Assembly (NCBI GenBank): GCA_021020595.1
Contig: JAJGAO010000029.1
Span: forward strand, 434,001 to 498,000
Reading direction: 5' to 3'
DNA: 64,000 nucleotides
Source: Acanthamoeba castellanii
Taxonomy: Eukaryota
Shown: one piece after another, positions 57,271 to 64,000 of the stretch
Layout of the letters: each line of letters starts with the position of its first letter
Numbering within the stretch: the first letter of the stretch is position 1
Translations under genes and position numbers: made by a program
Notes under the pieces: generated by a model
Told to the model about the DNA's origin: nothing
Database searches by the model: none
What the model saw: only the letters and a program-made list of their open reading frames with translations

Positions 57271-60017
57271 GACCGAACGAACACTAACCCGAAAACTGAG
57301 ATCTCCGACAGGTCATTTCCGTTGCTTCTTTCTTTCGCTTGCGACTGCTGGGATCTGGATGGTTCTTGGCCTCTGCGTACACGTAGTCGTAGGTCTTGAT
57401 GGGATCCTCGCTGATGAACGAGAACACGCCGTTCTCTTCGCTAGGGTCGCTACTCGCCCAAACACGCAATCCCTCCTTTCACGGCCAGCATTGTAGGGGA
57501 CTGCAGTTCCCTGTACTAATCCACCCCTCGTTGACCACCCGGCGGGGCGGCGCCTCTCTTCCGCGTGAGCATCAATCCCAACAAGTACCACCGGCCCTAT
57601 AATTGGTAACGCTTTTCCAGTTTTTATGGGCTCCCATGAGGGCTTCAACAACCACGACTGTGTAGAAGCGGCGCTTCCACCAACAGTTAGGAGCAGGCCT
57701 TGAACGAATTCTTCGCCCCCCCCCAACCCGTGAGCGACTGGAGCCTCGGCATTGGCCATCCTCTATGATTGTGGTCTGACCACTCAACCATACCTCCTCA
57801 GCCTGGATCCTGAGGGGCCACCGGCAGGAACTGTTGTGATCGAGGATGCATGGTCTCACCAGAACTCCAGCGACCCTGCCAACATATCAGGCAGGGGTGA
57901 GGGTGAAGAATAGGGACAGGAGAGTGTTGACGGCGTGGCGTAGTTGAGGAAGGTGCAGCCCTGGAATGTGGGACGCAGGCCTCATAAAAGCCCTGCTCTC
58001 TGATGACTGTGAAGCCTGGCGGCACTGGCCGGGCCTGGACAAAGTGATTGTGATTTAAGAGTAACATGGATGTGGTCCTCCTTGATGAGTCTGGATGGAT
58101 GGTGGGAAGACCATTGCGGCATCATTTGCTGCATGGGCCGTGTGGTCGTACCGATGGGAGGACTCGGGGGCGCGGAAGACGGGGAGAGCGAATATGAGCG
58201 CCGAGCATGGGCGACCTTGGCGCGGTTCCAGATGGCCCTCAGGCTGGCCATGAGCGAGAAGAAGCCGCCCACGAGCCAGATGCTGATGGTCATGAACACT
58301 GGATAGAGTTGGAACACGTCCTTTTGGGTGATGTTGATCATGATGTCAGCCGCTCCAATGTCCCGGAATGTTGGCCAATCCCCTACTGTTGCAATGCAGA
58401 CCCTACAAAACATACTGCAACGACACCAACGGACAGGGTGAAGCCGTAGGAGATGGCCTTGTTGACGATGAGCACCAGTTCGGTGGTGCTATTGCTGTAG
58501 TGTGACCCGTGTAGACGTGAGGGTGATGGGCTTGAAGTTGCCGCTGGGCTTCACGACAACGTCCTCGCGGCCAATGCCAATCAGCCTGTCGTCAGATCTA
58601 TCCAACTAGCCCGTACCAACGTAATGTCCACCATCTCCTTGCATTCCATATCTATATTACGTAATATAGCGATAAGCCTGGTGGACTACAACTGCGTCGG
58701 CGGCACACTGTACGGCTTTTCCGCCCGCTGTGAGCAGCTGCTCTTGATTCACATCAATCGAACGCGTCACGTCCACTTCGCTCCGGTGGAGTTCTTCCAA
58801 TATAACGACACTTTCTGGGAAGTTCTTGGTCGCACGACAAAGAGGATTCCTGGGTAAAGTACTATTTCCAGTCAGATGACTTCAACTTCTGCGAGCAGGT
58901 ACATAGCGCAGAGTGCCCCATCTCCCTCCCCGCCAGTGCCGTCACGTGTTGCGTGGTCGTGTCCTCGTTGTTGGCCACCAGAATGGCGTGCTGCTGCTGG
59001 GGCTGCCTGCTGTCGGGCTCGTCCATATACACAACAAAGGAGAAGGCGCCACGCGCTTGCGGCCCTCGAATATCGTAGTTGGGTCCATACCGAGCGTAAT
59101 TGTTGGGCTCGGGCGCAAGAAGAGAGCGTCGTGGATCTATGCGCATGATTCTTTCCATGTAGTCCAGGCCAGTCGTCATTTTTTGGCGTAGACCCTGTGA
59201 GAAGCAATTCAATATCAGAGCCAGGTCTGGGGCGAGGAGAGGAAGAGCTACTGGGCCATTGTGGCAGAGTCTGGAACTGCTCCACGAAAGAGGGCTGGCA
59301 GATCAACTCGAAAACAGGTGAGGAAGCTTCCCTAGGCTGAATCAAAGCCATTTGGATGTGAATGTCTGGGCTGAAACAGAGCTCCATGCTACCACCGCAA
59401 AGTGGAGGAAGGCGCGATTTCGCCTGCTTCCTGACACTCTTCGAAAGAGGTGGTGGGAGAGTATTGGCGTTTGCCAGCACCGGCGTGACTCTCACAGCAG
59501 AAGGAGCTGTTTGCGTTGTTTGATCCACCGCCATGCGAGGATTGGTAGATGGCATTGGAGGTAGAGTCAGTGAGACTACTGGGCTCGCTGGTTGGGTCAC
59601 CGCCATGCTGTGAGGGACGCCAGGGAATGTGGGGGTAGGGTCAGCGGGACTTGGATGATTGCCGGGGGTTAGCTGTAGCTACCACAGTTCTAAAACACAG
59701 GGAAGGCCATGGCGATGGAGGGCAAGAACAATAAGAATTGATTTGTAGGTGAATAAAGTTGCCCGTGAGAGCCTGGCGCGTTGGGTATTATTTTGGAGTA
59801 AGAACAATAACAAGGATCACGATAAGGATGATAACAACCACCCCTCCTCCTCCGGCAGTGCGGAGAAGATGCTTGCGACGACCAGTGCTGGGATCAATCT
59901 CACGCTGTTTTGCCAGCTCGGGAGGAATGGTTATGACCACCTTCAAGTTAAGGTTGTCAGCGCATGCTTGGACATAGAGCAAGAACTGAAAAAAGAATGA
60001 GAAAGGGAGATGTGTAC

Positions 60018-60512
60018 CTCGTTAGAACCAATTGAGGAAGCCTGCATGTTATGAGGGGAGACCCGAAGTTGCTGAAGTCGAAAGGTTTTGAAGTTTCCCA
60101 TCGAGATCTGATTGCCGTCGTCGGTGCGCCTGCGCCCCCTGCCGCTGGTGAAGTCGATGAAGAAGTGGATGTTCTGATTGTTTTCGTTGAGGTGCACATC
60201 CAGCAGTTTCGACTGAAAGAGTACGAAGAAGGTATACTGGCCAACTTTCCAGCACCAGTATTGTTCGTCTTTGATGCCTCCGTAACCCCACTGCCTCAAG
60301 CCTTTGGCAAACTCGATCATAGGGGGCTTCATGTCATGGCCAGGCACGGGGTTCGTCCACCAGGGACGTTCCTCGAGATACTGAAGCTGGACTTCACGCA
60401 ACTGCTTCGGATCGGTTGACAGTTGGCGGGGCGCAGGAAGAGGGATGTAGAAAGTGTGGGGCGCAGCAAGGTCCTGGACCCACCCTTGCTCGGTGGATTG
60501 GTGGTTTCCCAT
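60018..60512 (-). CDS. Exon 1 of a hypothetical protein with N-myristoylation motif (MGNHQS)
   Basis: Open frame, MGxxxS start, GTACAC donor at ~60017. Confidence 0.6.
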
Positions 60513-60612
60513 GCGGCTTGCTTGCGGTTGTGTTTTGTTGGACTACGCAGAGAGAGGTTGCCGTTTTGTTTCGGGCTGTACGCACGAACATCGAAGTAAT
60601 GACTTTTGGGAT

Positions 60613-60957
60613 TGTTGAGGGTCACTGGCAACCCAACCTACACCACCAAAAGTTGTCTAGGCACTTTTGGTGTAGTTGGAGCAAACACAACATGGTAGCA
60701 GAGGATTGCGAGTTCGAATCTGGCTAGCGCCTGTCACTCGTTTGAAAATCCTCCCTAAATCCCCCCACCGAAGACGGCATCAACATGGGGCCGAAGCACC
60801 TCACAGACAGGTCGCTGGATCAAATCCCACTTCAGGCAACACTCAGTATGGTCGGCTGGATTGCCACTGAAGGGGCGTGTTGAGGGTCACTGGCAACCCA
60901 ACCTACACCACCAAAAGTTGTCTAGGCACTTTTGGTGTAGTTGGAGCAAACACAACA
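60613..60957 (+). mobile_element. Complete TRIM (miniature non-autonomous LTR retrotransposon), 345 bp
   Basis: Identical 80-bp LTRs 60613-60692 and 60878-60957 (TGTTG..CAACA); PBS TGGTAGCAGAGGAT; purine tract GAAGGGGCG; 5-bp TSD GGGAT. Confidence 0.93.
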
Positions 60958-61469
60958 GGGATGCTAGGATGCTTCCTGGTTACAGTTGGTTATTTCCTGT
61001 TGCCTTCCACTACCATACCTCGCCTCCGGCCTCGAATCCTCTCGCTCTCGGCCTTCACTTCCAGCTGCTCAAGAGAGCTGGCTCGCTAATATCCTCTCTC
61101 GACAAGCTGCACCACACTCTCATGGGCATATTCGAGCTCTCCTTCAGCTGAGGGCGCTCCTGCACTAGTGGCTGTGGCCACATGCAGTGCAACTGCTGGC
61201 ACTTCGGATCGTGTGCGATACAGTAAGGACGAGGGCATCGTGGGGTACGCAGAACGCCGCGAAGCCCGTGCAGCGCAGACATCGAGTCGAGTCGCGTGCT
61301 CACCACCCACTAGCGTGGACCGACTGGCAGCTGTACCGACCAATGCACCCACGGAGCTGCCAGTCACTGCGACGTCGGCTGTGGTCGCCCCGGCGGTCCA
61401 GGATGCTCTCCCTGAAAGCCAGCGCCTGTCGTCTTCGATGAGCTCGCTGAGGATGCCACCTACACCCCG

Positions 61470-62168
61470 ATGCCAGATGACGATGAGTCTGTTGGTGACC
61501 TGCAGGCCACTAGAATTGCCACGGCACAGCGGGACGACCCCTGGTTGGCTCAAATCATCGTGTACTTGGAGAAATCAACCTTCCCCAATGACACCCTTGC
61601 CGCACGGAGAGTAGTCGCCGAGGCGGCACGAATGGAGATGAGCAATGGCCTGCTGTGCAGCTATTGGTGGACGGCGCGGGCAGACCGATGTCAAAATACT
61701 AGACTCCAAATAGTGGTACCCCGAGTATTGGTGGACCAGGTACTATGGGCCATGCACGATGATGTACTTGTGGGTCACCTTGGTGAGAAGAGTAAATCAC
61801 CCAAAAGGACGCCCAGCTGGCATCCTGCAGAGCATTGTCCCTGCATGCCCTTCGAGCGCCTCAGTGTGGATTACATTGGGACACTCCCACCTACGACAGA
61901 TGGCAATTGATACATTTTGGTCTTTATGGACTACCTTACCAAGTTGCCCGAGGCGTTTGCGGTACCGGAAGCGACCGCTACTGCTACTGCCCGACTGCTC
62001 GTAGAACAGATCATTTCACGGCATGGCACACCTGAATGCTTATTGTCCGATCGTGGGAGCCATTTCTTGGGTTGTGTGGTGCATGAAGTCGATAGTGCCC
62101 TACAAATCAAGAAGCTCAATACAACAGCATACCATCCACAGACTGACGGGTTAGTCGAGCGCTTTTAA
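61470..62168 (+). mobile_element. Ty3/Gypsy-type integrase relic
   Basis: AQRDDP..IVVP..MHD..GHLG, PFERLSVDYIG, DYLTK..AFAV, RHGTPE.LLSDRGSHF, TTAYHPQTDGLVERF; internal stop and partly deleted Zn-binding region. Confidence 0.9.
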
Positions 62169-62286
62169 TGATGTTGCAGACCATATTTGAGTATAACAAA
62201 TAGTTAAAAGAATACCAGTATTGTCAGTCTTTCTTTTGCTTCCTCGTCTGTGTAGGCTACCATTCATCGGGCACTCGATCGATGAG

Positions 62287-63746
62287 TTACTCATCCTCCT
62301 CTTCGTCCTCCTCACCGGAGCTGGTGTCGTCATCGTCACTGTCCTTGAACACTTCCGGCGCAGCGCCGAACAGGCCAGTTCCAGTGGACGCCACTGGAGC
62401 TCCGAAAGGGCTGGTGGCAGCGCTGGTGGCGGCTGGCGTGGAAGAGCCGAAGGAAAAGGGCGCCGGCGAGCTCGCGCCGCCAAAGCTGAACGCGCCGACG
62501 TTGGTACGTGCGCCCGCGTCGGGCTTGTTCACGGGCTCGACTGCAGCGCCGAACAGGCCAGTTCCAGTGGATGTCGCTGGAGCCCCGAAAGGGCTGGTGG
62601 CAGCGCTGGTGGCGGCTGGCGTGGAAGAGCCGAAGGAAAAGGGCGCCGGCGAGCTCGCGCCGCCAAAGCTGAACGTGCCGAAGTAAGTCCGTGCGCCCGC
62701 GTCGGGCTTGTTCACGGGCTCGACTGCGGCGCCGAACAGGCCAGTTCCAGTAGACGCCGCTGGAGCCCCGAAGAGGCTGGTGGCAGCGCTGGTGGCGGCT
62801 GGCGTGGAAGAGCCGAAGAGAGAAGGCGAGGACACAGTAGAGCCGACCAAACCGCTCGGAGGGGGAGTAGCAGGCGAAGTCGCGCCGCTGCCAAGGAACG
62901 CGCTGGACGCCGGCGCCGATGTTGAGCTCGACGCGCTTCCAGTAGGTGCACTCAATACGTCGGTCGTGGCGCCAAACAGACTTGAACTGGGCGCCGAGAC
63001 GGTGGCGCCGAACAGGCTAGTTCCACTGGTTGATGTGGCCGGAGCCCCGAAGAGGCTGGGGGCAGCGCTGGTGGCAGGCGTGGAAGAACCGAAGAGAGAA
63101 GTAGCTGGCGTTGGCATGTAAGAGCCAAAGAGCGAAGAGCCAACCGAGGCGCCACCGCCAAAAAGCGAACCTAAAGCAGAGAATGAACATCTTGGTGAGG
63201 ACGCGCTGCGACAACGCGTTGCAACAGTAAGGGAAGTTGACGCCGTACCAGTCGATGCGGGAGCGCCAAAGAGAGAAGCCGACGCGGAAGGGGCGGGTGT
63301 GGAGGAGAACGCGCTACCGGCGCCACTTACGGAACTCGCCAGCGCACCGCCGCCGGACAGGGGAACCTGCGTGCCCTTGACTTGGCTCTTGCGTCCCAGC
63401 TGGTAGTCCTCACTTCGGAGCTCCTCGAAGGACTTGTCTTTGTACTGTGAGAGCGTGAGCATCCGCGGCCTCGATGGCAGCTGAATGAGTGCAGAGAAGG
63501 AGGATCGTGATGCACCTCAGGCATGCCGGAAAGGTTGTGGATGGTGACGCGGCAATTCGTGAGCGTGTCCTTTACGGTAGTGGGTGAGTAGGGGGTGATC
63601 GTGGTGCCTTGCACGCCACCACCGGCACCATCCCTCCCTCCTCCTGCAGGTGCGTCGCCAAAGGAGTTCGTGTCTGCAGCCCGTACGGCCGCTGTGAAGA
63701 ATGACTTAGTGGGGGGCGGGGCAGCTGTAACAACATTTCCACACAA
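62287..63746 (-). CDS. Nup98-like FG-repeat protein with GLEBS motif, lacking the autoprotease domain; 5' end uncertain
   Basis: GTTITPYSPTTVKD..IHNLSGMPE / YKDKSFEELRSEDYQLGRK, many SLFG/FSFG repeats, acidic tail, 183-bp internal tandem repeat. Confidence 0.75.
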
Positions 63747-64000
63747 TCGTCAGTGTTAGCAAGCGCCCTAGGGCAGGAAAGCGGCGGTAAGGAGAAGCGT
63801 GCCGTTACTGGAGATCGGGAACGAGAAGACCGAGGAGCTTGTGGTGGTTGCCGCTGCACCCGTGGTTCCGGAGAAGGAGAACGTATTACCGCGTGCGGGA
63901 GTGGCGCCAAGATTGGCGGCAGTGTCGTCGTCGAGCCACTCGGCTAGCACATACTTGGCGTCGGAGTGCTGCTGCTGGGCCGCTTTCTGATACCACTTGA

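Noticed and set aside
58862..59606. 244-aa minus-strand ORF and overlapping frames
   Set aside because: No recognisable domain or clear gene structure to support a call

Overview
Eukaryotic DNA from an Acanthamoeba: the 2.3-kb 18S has the genus-typical expansions and T4-like diagnostic helix, and the Pol I promoter matches the known Acanthamoeba one. There are three parts. (1) 1-3596: an intron-containing tyrosine-recombinase gene (Crypton/PLV-like) with a spliced C-terminal RanBP2 zinc finger, an array of AGTTT-NN-AAACT palindromes, then ~970 bp of TTAGGG repeat oriented as a chromosome right end. (2) 3597-30088: almost exactly two 13.25-kb rDNA units. They begin and end 20 bp apart in 28S, and the two 18S copies carry different DF3 alleles that both keep the helix. 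(3) 30089-64000: a mosaic of short genes, gene relics and microsatellites. It includes a 28S fragment, putative viral genes, an actinobacterial regX3-like fragment, a lipase, a hAT transposase relic, a complete 345-bp TRIM (identical LTRs, tRNAiMet PBS, TSD), a Gypsy integrase relic and a Nup98-like GLEBS/FG gene. Most ORFs in the supplied track are artefacts of microsatellites or rDNA. The two big junctions and some indels may be assembly artefacts. Family calls are by-eye motif recognition; no searches were run.
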